Translations under genes and position numbers: made by a program
Assembly: GCA_051313645.2 (NCBI GenBank)
Contig: JBNRSN020000010.1
Coordinates: 9,734,001 to 9,798,000, forward strand
Length of the DNA: 64,000 nt
From: Centroscyllium fabricii
Lineage: Eukaryota
Reading direction: 5' to 3'
Notes under the pieces: model-generated
The model's input: only the letters and a program-made list of their open reading frames with translations
What the model was told of the DNA's origin: nothing
Database searches by the model: none
Shown: positions 25,201 to 38,076 of the stretch, one piece after another
How the letters are laid out: the number at the start of each line of letters is the position of its first letter
How positions within the stretch are numbered: the first letter of the stretch is position 1

Positions 25201-25812
25201 CGAGGCTCTAGCCTTACTAAACACCTCCCCAAAATCATGATACTCGGTGGGACCCGCAGAAAGATCAGAAGTGGGAAGAGGTGTGACAGACTGGCGGATT
25301 ACGGTAGCTTGCTTCAAACAGATCTGGTGACAGGAGTGATTCCAACCCAAAATGGCTCCCATGTTCCAGTCGATGTGGGGATTGTGACGACGAAGCCACG
25401 TGTGTCCTAGAATAAGAGGAAGCCGGGGCGAATCCAGGATATGAAAGCGAATGCTCTCATGATGGTTTCCTGACAACAGTAAATGAATCGGCGACGTTTG
25501 ATGAGTCACCGTTCCCAGGAGGTGACCATCAAGAGCATTGGCAGAAACCGGTTGCGGCAGTCGACACCAGTCGATCCCCAATTGTGTAACCAGCTCCTCA
25601 TCAATGATATTGACATCCGCTCCCGAGTCAATGAAGATGGCGAACATCTGAGATCCTGAAGGAAGAAGAAGTCGGGCCTGGCACAAGGGTCGTGAATCAG
25701 AAGAGAGTCTAGTCGGAGTTCGGCTCACCAGTATGACTCCATCTACTGGTGAGTCCGGTCTTTTACCGGACACTGAAAAACAAAATGGCCGGCCTGACCA
25801 CAGTATAAGCAT
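22270..25812 (-). pseudogene. pol polyprotein (protease, RT, RNase H, integrase, chromodomain) with one premature stop
   Basis: FIDSGAD protease; [17 protein letters not shown]; [11 protein letters not shown] RNase H. HHCC is split by a TAG at 23608-23610 and continues in frame. Then SDRGPQF/NGQSER integrase and [15 protein letters not shown] chromodomain. Confidence 0.92.
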
Positions 25813-26699
25813 AGATTTTCCCTGCGGCGCCGACTCCGCTCTAATGGTGAGATGCCAGTGCGACCCAACTGCATCGGTTCGGGGCCCCCTGACGTAGCCG
25901 AATCTCTGGATGCTACGTATCCCTCCTGAACCCGCTTAGCTGGATGGCGAACCGTTGTTCCCAGCCTTCTCTCACGTTGACGTGCCTGGATCCGTAGATC
26001 GATCCTAGTGGCTAAGCTAATGATCTCATCCAAGGTGGAAGGGAGATCATGTGACACCAACTCATCCTTGATGTACCCTGCCAATCCGTGAAGGAAAACC
26101 TCACACAAAGCAGCCATGTTCCAATTGCTCAAACGAGCCTTAATACGAAAGTCAATAGCGTAATCAACAACAGCCTGATTACCCTGGCTCATGCTCATGA
26201 GACCTTCAGCCGCTTCAGCCCCAAAGGATACCTTGCCAAAAACCCTTCTTAATTCATTTGAAAATGTCCTGAACGAACTGCAAGCCTGAGTTTCTCTCTC
26301 CCACTCGGCTGTTCCCCAAAGTCGAGCTCTTCCTGAGAGATGGTTTATAACAAAAGCTACCCTTGCCTTTTCGCTGGCAAAGGTGCGAGGTTGTAAAGAA
26401 AAAAGGATAGAACAATTGGTAATAAATGGATCGCACTGTTCCCATTCACCGGCATAACGTTCCGGTACCCCGACTCGGGGCTCGGGTGTGATACTCTATA
26501 GGAGAGACATGGAAGTCGATTCCGATGTCGAGACCGGTTCTGATGTGGAAGAAGTCCCTGCCGGGTCCGATGCAGCTTGCGCCCTCCAGGCGGAGGTTAG
26601 CTGTTCCATTTTAGAAAACATCTCCCCAAAGGCCCGACCTTGGTGTGCTAGGGCGTACTCAATGAGTGCCAGACGTCTCGGTGTCTCCGCTGGGTCCTT
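25743..26699 (-). pseudogene. gag (capsid plus CCHC zinc knuckle), start apparently mutated, one premature stop
   Basis: The frame begins KDPAE (AAG where ATG is expected), has TAG at 26496-26498, then PERYAGE..., [34 protein letters not shown]. It overlaps pol, implying a frameshift. Confidence 0.85.
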
Positions 26700-26704
26700 G
26701 ATTG

Positions 26705-26715
26705 GTCGGATTGTT
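26705..26715 (-). promoter_or_regulatory. Non-tRNA (self-priming) primer-binding site
   Basis: Minus-strand aacaatccgac, 1 nt after the 5' LTR, is exactly complementary to gtcggattgtt at 27132-27122, which starts 29 nt downstream of the TATA start. Confidence 0.8.
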
Positions 26716-26716
26716 C

Positions 26717-27284
26717 TGTAAGGGTTGGGGTTGAACCCAATTGCAGAACACCGGAGTCTGTCTAATAGAAATAAAATACCTTTATTCCTTAGTACCAAAA
26801 CATATAAATATATCAATATACAGAGATCTTTAACCACAGTGCTTAAACAGTGAATGAATAAGTCAATAATCCCGAGTGCCGGTAAACAGCAGTTCACTAG
26901 TCCAAACCCAAGTTCAGGTGGTAGTAGAGACAAGGCCCAAGCCAGGTGCTGAGGTACTCCCAGTAATCCACAATCCAGAAGAGATAAATCCTTGTTCAGA
27001 GTTCAGCAAATAATCCAAATCGACAGAACTGGCAATCCAAAAACGACTGGAATAGAACTCAATATAATATACCAGTAACAGATACAGCAACACTGAACAC
27101 TTCAACAAGTGACATGAAAATAACAATCCGACAAAGGCCAAAGGCCAGCAGGTGGTTTATATCCAGCTCTAGCTCAACAGTATACTTGGAGCTGGCCAAT
27201 CAGGTGTGAGACATAACAACAGGTAATTAAATCCAATCACAGAAAAGAAGCATAGAAATTTAAAGAGACAGTCCACCCATGACA
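26717..27284 (-). repeat. 5' LTR of sushi-like element
   Basis: Direct repeat; minus-strand TATAAA at 27156-27161. Confidence 0.95.
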
Positions 27285-28149
27285 AAATTTGGAGATACTA
27301 CATCTAGTTCACTCGGCCCGATCATTAATATATAATCTGACCTTCTAGGGTGCTGGTGACGAAACTTGTTATATCCCACAAGTCACTGCCTCCCACTTGG
27401 AAAATGACTCTTATATTCCAACCCTTTGCTATCGATCAGCGAATCAGTTCTCTATCCAAATCAATAACTTGCCCCAATCCCACGAGCCTTTAATTTGCAT
27501 GCTAATCTCTTATGCGGGACTATATCAAATACCTTCTGAAAGTCCAAATACACAACATCCACTGGTTCTCCCTTATCTATCCTACCGGGTCCATCCTCAA
27601 AATAATTACAGAATATTAGTCAAGCATGATTTACCTTTTGTAAACAAATACTGACTTTTTTCCGATCCTGTCAACGCTTTTCACGTGCTCTGCTATTGCA
27701 TCTTTTATAATGGACTCTACCATTCCCCCTTACTGGTGTCAGGCTTACTGGTCTATAATTCCCCGCTTCATCTCTACCAACTTTTTTGGAATAGAGGAGT
27801 AACATTATCTAAACTCCAATTCAGGGGCGCAGTTCCAGGGTCTATTGAGCTCTGGAAGATGACCAGCAATGCAAGTGCTGCCTCCAGGCCCACTTCCTAA
27901 AGTACCCTAGGATGTAGTTTATCAGAACCTGGGAATTCATAGACCTTCAATCCCGTCTACTTCCCTATATACATTAATCGACCTTCAATGCCGTCTACTT
28001 CCCCATATCCCCAACACAATTTCCCTTCAAATACTGATTTATTTCAGTTCCTCCTTCTCATTAGTCACTATGAGCTCCGGCATATCCGTGAGCGTATTTG
28101 TGTCCTCCTTTGTGAAGAGAGAAAAAATATATTTATTTAATTATTCTGA

Positions 28150-31100
28150 CTACAAAAGCCTTTATAGTTATGTGAAGAGAAAATTATTGGTGAACGCAGG
28201 CATATGTCCCTTGCAGTAACAATCAGGGGAAATTATAATGGGGAACAAACAAATGGCAGCACAATTAAATACATTATTGTTTCTGTCTTCACAAAGGAGG
28301 ACACAAATAACCTCCCAGAGATGTCGGAGACATAGTGTCTAATAAGAGGGAGGAATTGAAAGAAATCAATATTTGTAGTTAAATTGTGTTCGGGAAATTG
28401 AGGGAATTGAAGGCAAATTAATCCCAACGGCCTGCTAATCTACATCGTAGGGTACTTAAGGAAATCGAGCTTGAAAAATTATTGGCATTGTTTGTCATCT
28501 TCCGAAATTCTATATATTCTGGAAAATTTCCCTTGGATAGAAGCATAGTTAATGTAACACCACTATTTAAAGAATGTGGCAGAGAGAATATGAGGAAGTA
28601 TAGAACGGTTATCGTGACATCGCTAGTGGGGAAAATGCCATCGTTCATTATTAAAGGTATAACAGCAGAGCACTTGGAAAGGAGTGTCAGGATCTGTGAA
28701 AATAAACATGTAATTAAAAAAGGTAAATCATACTTGATTAATATACTGGAGATGTTTGAGGATGTAACTGGTAGAATATTTATGGGAGAAACAGTGGATG
28801 TAGTGCATTTTGAATTTCAGAATGTTTTCGATAAGTTCCCACGTAATAGATAAGCGTGCAAAGTGAAAGCATATTTTATTGGGGGTGCGGTACTGACTAG
28901 GATGGAGGACTCGTTCGTAGACAGGAAGAAAAGTGTTGGAATAAACGGGCCTTCTTTCCAGTGGCAATCTGTTTCTAGTGGGATAACGCAGGGATCTGTC
29001 CTGCGACCCCATCTATTCACAATATATATTAATGATTAGAGGAGGGAACTAGATGTTATATCTCCAGGTTTGCAGACGGCTGAAACCTGGGTGAGCGAGT
29101 GTGCTGTGAGGAGGATGCTGAGAAAATCGAACATGATTTGAACAGGTTGGGTGATTGGCCAGAAAAACATCAGATGCAGTTTAATGTGGATACATAGAAA
29201 GTTATACACTTTTGTGGCAAAAACAGGTAGAAAAAATATTAAGTGAACGGCAATACGTTGTGTAAAGGGGAAGAACAACGGAACCTGTTGAGGCCCGAGA
29301 AATAGTGGATGCATTACTGATTATCTTCCAGGAATCGATGGAACCTGGAATTGAACCCATGGTTTCGAGTCCAGGTAAAGTGACCCCACTATTCAGAAAG
29401 GGTGGTAGGGAGTAATCGGGAAAAAGCAGACCAGTGAGCCTGACATCGGTAGTGGGGAAGATGCTGGAGTCCATAATAAAGTATGTAATAGCTGACCACT
29501 TGAAAATCAGTGGCAGGATCGTACAACGTCAACATTGAATTACAAAAGTTAGATCGTGCTTGAAAAATCTACTGGCAATTTTGGAGGATGCAACTGGGTA
29601 TATTAACCAGGGAGAACCAGTTGATGTGTTGTACTTAGACTTTCAGAAGCCGATCGATAAGGTCCGACACAAGAGATTTGCATATCAGGTGAGGGCACGT
29701 GGGATTGGGGGCAAGGTATTGACTTGAATTTAGAACTGGTTGGCGGACAGAAAGCTAGAGTAGGGTTAAATGGGTGTTTTGCCGAGTGGCAGGCAGTGAC
29801 TCGGGGGTAACACAGGGATCGGTCCTGGGACCGCAGCTATTCACAATATACATTAATGATTTAGAAAATGGAATTAAATGTAATGTCACCAGGTTTGCAG
29901 ATGACAGAAAGCTGTTACTGCTTTTCGGCTGCGAGGCGGATACCAGGAAGCTCCAGGATGATTTGGACACGTTGGGCGAGTGGGCTGAGACATGGCAGAT
30001 GCAGTATCATGTGGGCAAATGCGAGATTGTCCACTTCGGGGCAAGAATAGAAATGCCAACTATTATCTGAACGGCAATAGATTGGGAGAAGGGTAAGTAC
30101 AACGAGACCTGGTTGTCCTTGTGCACCAGTCACTGAAGGTGAGCATGCAGGTACAGCAGGCAGTTAAGAAGGGAACTGGTATGTTGGCCTTCATAGCGAA
30201 ATGGTTCGAGTAGAGGAACAGGGAGATTTTGCTGCAGTTGGTCAGGGCCTTGATGAGAGCACACCTTGAGTATTTTGTGCAGTTGTGGTCACCTTATCTA
30301 AGGAAGGATATTCTTGCCATGGAGGGAGTGCAGAGACGATTCACCAAGCTGATACCTGGGATGGCAGGAATGACGAATATGGTGAGACTGGCTAGACTGG
30401 GTTTCTACTCTCTGGAATTTAGAAGTTTGAGAGGGGATCTCATCGAAAGGTATAACATTTTAATTGGTCTGGAAAACATTGATGCAGGAAAAATGTTGCC
30501 GATGATGGGAGAGTCCAGAACCAGGTGTCATAGTTTAAGGATAAGGGGTAGCTCATTTAGGATCGAGATGGGGAGGAAAACCTTCACCCAGAGAGTGGTG
30601 AACCTGTGAAATTCTCTGCAACAGAGGGCGGTGGACGATAGTTCATTGAATATATTCAAGAATGTGCTGGATGTATTTCTTAAGGCTAGATAGATCAAGG
30701 GACATGGCGAGAAGGCAGGGACATGCTGGTGAGTTTGGATGATCAGCCATGATCTCATTGAATGGAGGAGCATGCTCGAGGGGCCGAGTGGCCTACTCCT
30801 GCTCCTATCTTCTTTGTTTCTATGTTTAACCTGGATGTCCATGTGCAGCAATCACGAAAGATATGCATGCAGTTGCATCAGGCTGTTAAGAAGACATATG
30901 TTATGCTTTCGTTGCTAGCAAGAGTTTTCGATTACAGGATCAAGGATAACTTGATGCATTTGTAAATGAGCGTGGTGCCAAAACACTTTGGGAGTTTTGT
31001 GCAGTTTAGATCGCCTTATCTGAGGAAGGATGTTCCTTGGTTGTGTCCTCGCGGCAGAGGACAACATTTACAGCCAGAAATGCTAAGGAACCAAGTTTCT

Positions 31101-33303
31101 ATGGACAAGCAGGGATTAAATAAAATTATTATTTGTAAAAATATTGCTTGAATAATTAACGGGACTGAAATTTGATAAGTTCCATGGTCCTGATAATCTG
31201 CATCACTAAAATATATTAAACGCTAAGAAACCTAGCGTCCAGTGAGAAGCAGGAATTAATGGAAATTAGAATTTGGAAAGATTATGTTGGGCAAATTAAT
31301 GGGTCTGAAAGCCGCAACATTCTACGGACCTGATAATCTGCATGACAGAATATTAAATGACAGCCATGGAAACAGTGGATGCATTGTTTGTCATCTTCCA
31401 AATTTCTATAGATTATGTAACAGTTACTGTAGATTGGAGATTGGCAAATGTAATCCCACTATTTAAATAGCAAGGAGAAAGTGATCAGGGACCTACATAC
31501 TGGTAAATTAACATCAGTAACAGGGAAAAAGCTAGAGTATATTATACAGAATATGATAACAGAACGCATGCACATTTTAACGGGAGTCGAAAAAGTCAGC
31601 TTGTATTTAAAAAGGGAAATCGTGTTTGACAAACCAATTGGTTTTTTTTAGAATTTGTCTGGATGAATATTTAAGAGACAACCAGTGGATGCGGCATACT
31701 TACATTTTCAGAATTCATTTGAAAAGTTTGCACATAAGAGGTTAGTATACGAATCTTAAGCAAATGGGAATGTGGTAATATACTGGCATGGATAAAAAAA
31801 TTGTAAACTGACAGGAAAAAGGGAGTCGGAATAAATGGGTATTTTTTGGCTGTCCGGTGGTGACTAGTCTGGTACCGCAGGGATCAGAGAGTGCCAAATA
31901 CATGACATAAGAAATATAACGTGGATAAATGTGAAGTTCTCCACCTCGTTGGAAAAACAATAAGGCAGGGTATTATTACATTGTTGATAGATCGGGAAAT
32001 GTTGATGTAAAATGGGACTTCGTGTTCCTTGTGCACCAGTCACTGACAGCAAGCATGCTGTTGCAGAAAACATTTGGGAAGGCAAACTATATGTTGGCCT
32101 TCATTCAAGACGATTAGAGACATCAGCAAATATATTTTACTACAGTTTGACAGGGCGTTATGCGACCACACCTGGAGTACTGTGTGCAGGTTTGGTCTCC
32201 TTAACTATGGAAGGATAAACTTCCCATGGAAGTAGTGCAGCGAATGCAGGACAGATTGATTACTATGATGGACTGTCGTATGAGAAGTGATTAGATCGTC
32301 TTGGCCAGTATTTAGTAGAGTTTAGAATAAAGAGAGGGCATCTCACTGAAATGTAGTCAATTCTGACTAGGCTAGACAGACTCGACGCAAGATGGATGTT
32401 TCCGCTGGCTGGGAAGTTTAGAACGACGGTTAATAGTGTCAGGCTACTGTGTAGGAAATTTAGGACTGAGGTGAGGAGAAGTTTCTTCAGTCAGAGGGTG
32501 GAGAATATTTGGCATTGTCTATCACAGAATGGCTGCGGAGGCCAATATTTGAATATAATTAATAAGAAGTTAGATAGATATATGGATACAAAAGGCATCA
32601 AGGGGTATGAGGCGAGCGAGGTATGTTGTATTGAGATAAATTATCAGCCATGATAATATTGGGCAAGAAATTACAGACTGCCCATATCGGAGTTAAGCTC
32701 TGCTGCGAGCACACCAGAGCTTAAACCCGCACGAAGCAGTCGGTTGCGCTGCTTCGGGTTTTCCGATGCCGGCCAGCGTGGGGGTTGGAGTTCCTGCGAG
32801 GTCCAGCGCAGAAAACATCGAACTAGGGTTTGCGTCCAGTAATTCGTTTTATTTTTAACTTTTTCTACGGACCAAGACCAGGATATTCTTCGCTGGGAAA
32901 AACTCAGTCGTAAGTATCCGTTTTTTTCTTGTAAATGTGTATTTTATTGATCTTAAATGTTTTTTTTCAGGTTTTGAATTGTTGATAAATTTAAAGACAG
33001 GTAATTATTTTTTAGACCTGTTGGTAGTTGAAAAATGTTCCTGTAATTTTTTTATTTTTTATTTGAAACAGGTTACTTGTGTTAGTTGGGGTAATGTTAA
33101 AAAAATGAGTAGTTTTTAAAATTTTATTTCTGAATTTAGATGTCTTTTGGGAAAAAAAGCCAACCTGATCATGGGCAGTGCAAGTGCAAATAGCAGGTAC
33201 GAAGGCTCCACTGCAATTTCTGGGTCAATGAATGGCAGTGCAGACTCGAAGACCGAATGGCCTAATCCAGCTGCTATTTTGATATATTTCTATTTTTCTA
33301 TGT
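28150..33303 (+). mobile_element. Cluster of nested + strand CR1 LINE fragments
   Basis: SGVTQGSVLGPQLFTIYINDL...FADD (29774-30070); LEYFVQLWSPYL...QRRFTKLIPGM (30229-30609); tail tttctatg at about 30817; further RT pieces 28482-28853 and 32396-32653. The final 3' UTR resumes at about 33227 after a MITE. Confidence 0.85.
32661..33226. mobile_element. MITE (Harbinger-like family B) in a CR1 3' UTR
   Basis: Ends gggcaagaaattacag / ctgcaatttctgggtc; flanks ATT/AAT; homologous to 51423-52165. Confidence 0.75.
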
Positions 33304-33829
33304 AGGTTGTCAATAGTAGTGGGGGAGCTTAGTCACATCTAGTGTACGTTTAAGTGTTACTTTTACCAGAATAACATGGTCATCTCAACAGCTGCAGGAG
33401 TGTTTAATATATCACTGGATTTCTTTAGCGGCCTATTCTGGAGGTGTTGCAGGATTCAGAGTCTATGAGGGGCAGGGCCAGGGCGTTGGCTGCCAGTGTA
33501 GCTGCTTCTATCATTTCTGCTGGAATACGTTCTGCACCAGTCATGACTGATTCCAGATTCCATTCGTAAATCATGTTTGTATTGTGCCTGCTTTTGCAAC
33601 TTTACAATATCAATTTCGCATATTTCTCTTTATCTGATATACCTGTCAAGAAAAACAATTTAACTCAGGTTGTTTGTTAAGTGACTGTAACTAATGCCAA
33701 TTATGGGTTAATTTGGTTAAACCCCTGGCGGATTGATGTGTGAATAAATATAGGTTCCCCTCTATTATATCAGCCACGCGCCAGTCAAAGTCTTTCATCT
33801 CCTACAGAATTCATCCATTTTCACTGGAA

Positions 33830-33899
33830 ATGGGGCGACCAGATTTTCTGCTGTTAAAAGAGATTTTCTACCCGATTCTCGCAGCTTTCGGTGTACCCG
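33830..33899 (+). CDS. GPR139/GPR142-like class A GPCR, coding exon 1
   Basis: ATG at 33830: MGRPDFLLLKEIFYPILAAFGVP+G, donor gtgagc at 33900; phase 1 matches exon 2. Confidence 0.85.
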
Positions 33900-34297
33900 G
33901 TGAGCCATTCTAACCACGTTGTTATTAATCGGTGTTATCCGTCTCACTGTTCAAGTCGTATGTTGAATAAGGTAAATGTTTTACTGATGTCTCCGCACTT
34001 TTCAAGTTGCCCATGATAGCATAACGTTACTGATGTTACAAACTTCTTTGTAGCTCCAACACAAGGATTTTAGCGGATCTCCGGACCGTTTCTCAGACCG
34101 TCCGGGTTAAATGCTGAAGCAGCTCATTAAAATATGTGGGTGGGATTCCCAGGTACTGATGCCAAAACTAATCCTGTTCGCACACTGCTCCGTGTTGATA
34201 ATCTCCCTGAATGGAGTATAATACTCTCCACCGCTATCTCCTTATAGAGCTCAATCAGATAATGGAATATTATTTATCTACACTCTCTTTCTTACAG

Positions 34298-35217
34298 CGA
34301 ACTTGGTGACAATCATGATTCTCTCTCGAGGAAACTGCGGTCTCTCCAAGTGTATCTCTGTCTATATGGTGGCCATGGCAACATCAGATCTGCTGGTCAT
34401 GATCTTCAATGTGATGGCGTATTATATTTTCAGTTATCATTTTCCATTTTCATTCCTGTCCCACACTCCCGTGTGTAAGTTCAATCTATATATGAATGCT
34501 GTTACCTTGGATTTGTCTGTCTGGTTCACCGTCTCCTTCACATTTGACCGATTTATAGTTATCTGCAGCCAGAAGTTTAAAGTAAAGTATTGCACCGAGA
34601 GAAGTGCGGCCGCGGTTATATCAGCGTTCACGTTGCTGAGTTTTCTAAAGGGCATCATAGCATTCATTGCATATGAACCTCAGCAAATAATTAGCAACGT
34701 GGAGTGGGGCTGTCAATCAAGTGTAGCTTTTTTTTCCTTATCTTCAGTGATAGCGTATCTCTGGTTTCACATCATATGGCTCGTTTGGCTTCCTTTTGCG
34801 TTAATGGCCTTGTTTAATTGTTTGACAGTCAGACGTATTTTTGTGGCCAGCAGAGCCCGCAGGGGACTCCGGTCTCAGAGTAGTAAGAATCAGAGCGATC
34901 CAGAGATGGATAATCGAAGAAAATCCATCATTTTGCTCTTCGCTGTATCGGGAAGCTTTATATTACTGTGGCTGACAACTGCCGTGACTTTTCAAATTAC
35001 CAGAATGACAAACATCAATTATTACCGAGGCGAACGCACAAACCCAGCGTATATCGCCACTGAAACTGGAGTAATGCTGAAGCTTTTGAGTTCCTGTACC
35101 AACACGTGTATTTATGCAGCGACCCAGAGGACATTTAGAGAAGAGCTGAAGAAGTTGCTGAAATTTCCATGGACACTGATTCTGAGATTGGTTAAACATG
35201 AAAAAAACTCGAACTAG
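34298..35217 (+). CDS. GPR139/GPR142-like class A GPCR, coding exon 2 (spliced protein 329 aa)
   Basis: Acceptor ctctctttcttacag. Open frame with hydrophobic TM segments, ANLVT (TM1), MATSDLLV (TM2), FTFDRF (DRY variant), WLVWLPF (TM5), SSCTNTCIY (NPxxY variant), stop at 35217. 70+920=990 nt with no disruptions. AATAAA near 35824. Confidence 0.92.
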
Positions 35218-36269
35218 AGCTTCTGTTGGGACATTTGAATTCCGTTCTAGATCATGTTCCAGCTTAGGTTTGCGTTATTTCTGCTAACAGCTACATTATG
35301 ATTGTGCTTGTAAAATCTCACAGCTACACGATTACATTTGGTGTCCAATTAGCATTTAACGCCAACAAGGGCTATGGTTCCGCAGTTCTTTCGCCGCGTA
35401 TCTCCTCCCAAACGAGATCATTCCCCCTTAAATATGAAAAATGGCAGTGATGAAGTGAAATTTAACAGAGAAATACAGTGGTTGATCAGTGAATTTAGTA
35501 CCTGATCATTTGAGGACTTTGATCAATTCTATCATATATTGACCGATCAGTTACTAATATTAGGGAAATATTTCGTCGTTTACAACGCCCGCTCTCTTAC
35601 CTTTTGTAACAGGATTGCTGAAAAAGTTGCTTGGACGGATTGCAGCTGCAAGTGCCGCATCACCCTTTCTCCTGCGATTAAGCAGCTGTCCCTCTGCCCC
35701 CTTCTCAGTGTTTTGATGTCTTAACATTTTTTAGAATGCTAACATGCGTTGCCTCTTTTCCACTGATGTTTTCCTGATGTTTCGAGTAATGAAAATTATG
35801 TGAATGCTGCCCCTCAAAATTAAATAAAGATTTAACTTGCTATTACTAAATGTATCGTGGCAAATCGGAATACCATTAAGCTGAATCAGTGATCATGTTA
35901 CCTGACAACAGAATGTAAGAAATAAGAGTGTATAATCCTAGCATTTCGGTCATAGATGAGTTACCGAACTTCAGGTATTAATGTGGAATAATCCACTGTA
36001 TGTGTTGGCGCACAGAGTGTGACAATACTCCATCCCCTTTTACCAACTTTTGTTAACCGGGTATCCCCAAGGCAAGGCGCTGTTTTCAGACATCCGTCCG
36101 GCAGCACTGCCGGCCTGATTTTGAGATGATTGATTGATCGGTGCACAGCTTTCAAGTCAGGAGTTGAGAAAATTAACTCGAATTTCTTTCGCCCGATAAT
36201 TTCCGTGCCTCTGTAGAAGCGGTTTAACAATTCTCCCTGCAATATATGGTTTGCAGAATTGAAGAGGGA

Positions 36270-38070
36270 TACATTGAACCGTAGACAAATAGGAGCAGGA
36301 GTAGGTTATGCGGCCCTTCCTATCTGCACCGCTATTCAATCTGATCATGGCTGATCCCCTAAATCAATAGCTGATACTTTATCTACCCATACAATTGATG
36401 CCTTTTGTTTCTTGAAATATGTCTAACTCCTTCTAAAATACATCCAGTGGCTTGGCCTCCAGAGCATTCTCTGTCAGATAATTCCACAACACCCTCTGAG
36501 TGAAGATATTTCTCCTCATCTCAGTCCTAAACGTCCTACCTTTATCCTGAGACTGTCAAGCCTCATTATAAACCGGGCAGCCAGGAGAAACATCCCCCCT
36601 GCATCTAGTTTGTCTAGCCCTGCAATAATAGTCTACTTTTCAGTGAGATCTACTGACATTCCTCTTACCTACTGTAAATAAAGTCGTAGTCAACGCAATC
36701 TTTCCTCATACGACAGTCCATCCGAGGAATCAATTTGGTGAAACTTCGCTGCACTCAATCTATGGCAAGTCAGGAGATCATAATTGCACACAGTACTCCA
36801 GTTGTAGTCTCGACAAGGTTCTGTATAACTGCAGAAAGACCTACTTACCCCTATACTCAAATCCTCTTGCAATGATGGTCAACATACCATTTGCCTTCCT
36901 AACTGTTTTTTGCACATGCATGTTTGCTTTACGTGACTGGTGTACTATGATACCTACGTGATATATCAGCATTTCCCAATCTCTCACCATTTAGATAATA
37001 CTCTGCCTTTTTGTTTTTCCTACCTAATTGGATAAATTCACATTTATGCAAGTTAAGCTGCATCTGCCATTTATTTGCCCACTCACGTAACTTGAATAAA
37101 TTGCCTTGAATCTTGATCACGACTCCCAAACTGATCTAGTTTCGTCTCGTCAGTCAACTTGGAGATATTACATTTGGTTCTCTCATCAAAAGCATTGATA
37201 TATATATTGTGAATATCTGTGGAACAATCACTGATACCTGCGGTACCCCACCCGTCTCCACCGTACACCATGGAAATATACACATTTATTCCAACTGTTT
37301 GTTTCCTGTCTGTCATAACATTTTCAATCCATGCCGATATATTCCTCCTATCCCATGTGCTTTAAATTTGCACACTAGCCTCTTGTTTGGGACTTTATCA
37401 AAGGCCGTCTGAAAATACAAATACACCCCATCCACTGGTTCTAATCTGTCGGTTCATACAGTTACATTGTCAAAAACCTCCAGTAGATTTGACAAATAAT
37501 ATTTCCCTTTCATAAGTCCATGTTGGCTTTATCTAATCCCGTTGATATTTTCTATGTACACTGTAATTTCTTCCTTTATAATAGACTCTAGCATTTTCCC
37601 TACTACTGATGTTAGGACAACCAGCCTACTAGTTCCCTGTGTTTCCTCTCTATCCTTTTTTAACTAGAGGGGTAACGTTTGCAGCACTCCAATCTGCAGG
37701 AAATGTTCCATTCTCTGTAGAATTTTGGAAGATAACAACCATTGGATTCTGTCAATTTCCTGATAACGCAGGTGATAGCAGAGGAATTGGATAGGAAAAC
37801 ACAAATTAAGAGGAGGTACTTTAAAGGTTGGAAGTGTTCCGTTGAGAAATGTGACTGGACCAAGTGGGCCATATCATAGGTAGTTGAGGGGAGTAAGGGT
37901 CGAAATTGCAGAGTCTCGGAGGTCAAAAAACCTTCCAATTATTCTCAGTTCGGGGAGAGCAGCCACGGTAGTGGTGGATTGGAAATACTACACCTCTGTC
38001 AGAAAAATCGAGAGGGATAAACCTGCCAACTAGATGGCAGGCAGCTTAATGACGCACAGAAACTTGTAGA
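36270..38070 (-). mobile_element. CR1 LINE fragments (minus strand to about 37750, then a short plus-strand piece)
   Basis: CR1 3' UTR at about 36280; LREWANKWQMQLNLHKCE (36929-37129); ISKLTDETKL. Confidence 0.8.
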
Positions 38071-38076
38071 GACAAT

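Larger units (their letters stand above)
21616..27284 (-). mobile_element. Near-intact Gypsy chromovirus LTR retrotransposon (Tf1/sushi group)
   Basis: 568-bp TG..CA LTRs at 21616-22183 and 26717-27284; 5-bp TSD AAATT (21611-21615, 27285-27289); G-rich PPT next to 22184. Domain order gag-PR-RT-RH-IN-chromodomain. Confidence 0.95.
19070..28150 (-). mobile_element. CR1 LINE hosting two younger insertions (pieces about 19070-19490, 21119-21615, 27285-28150)
   Basis: The CR1 sequence is continuous across both insertions: cccaatcgtcacaatctttc|ctcatgcttcattcc and tgaaatctgcaaatt|tggagatactacatc. MQRRFSRLIPGMAG lies at about 21178. Confidence 0.8.

Noticed and set aside
26496-26933. 145-aa ORF as a membrane-anchored Gag extension
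   Set aside because: It starts at a TTG inside U5 and runs through the PBS. The LTR differences in this frame are mostly non-synonymous, and the real start is probably the mutated MDPAE.
34303-35217. Single-exon 304-aa GPCR as in the ORF track
   Set aside because: The start is an internal TTG within TM1; a phase-compatible ATG exon lies at 33830-33899.
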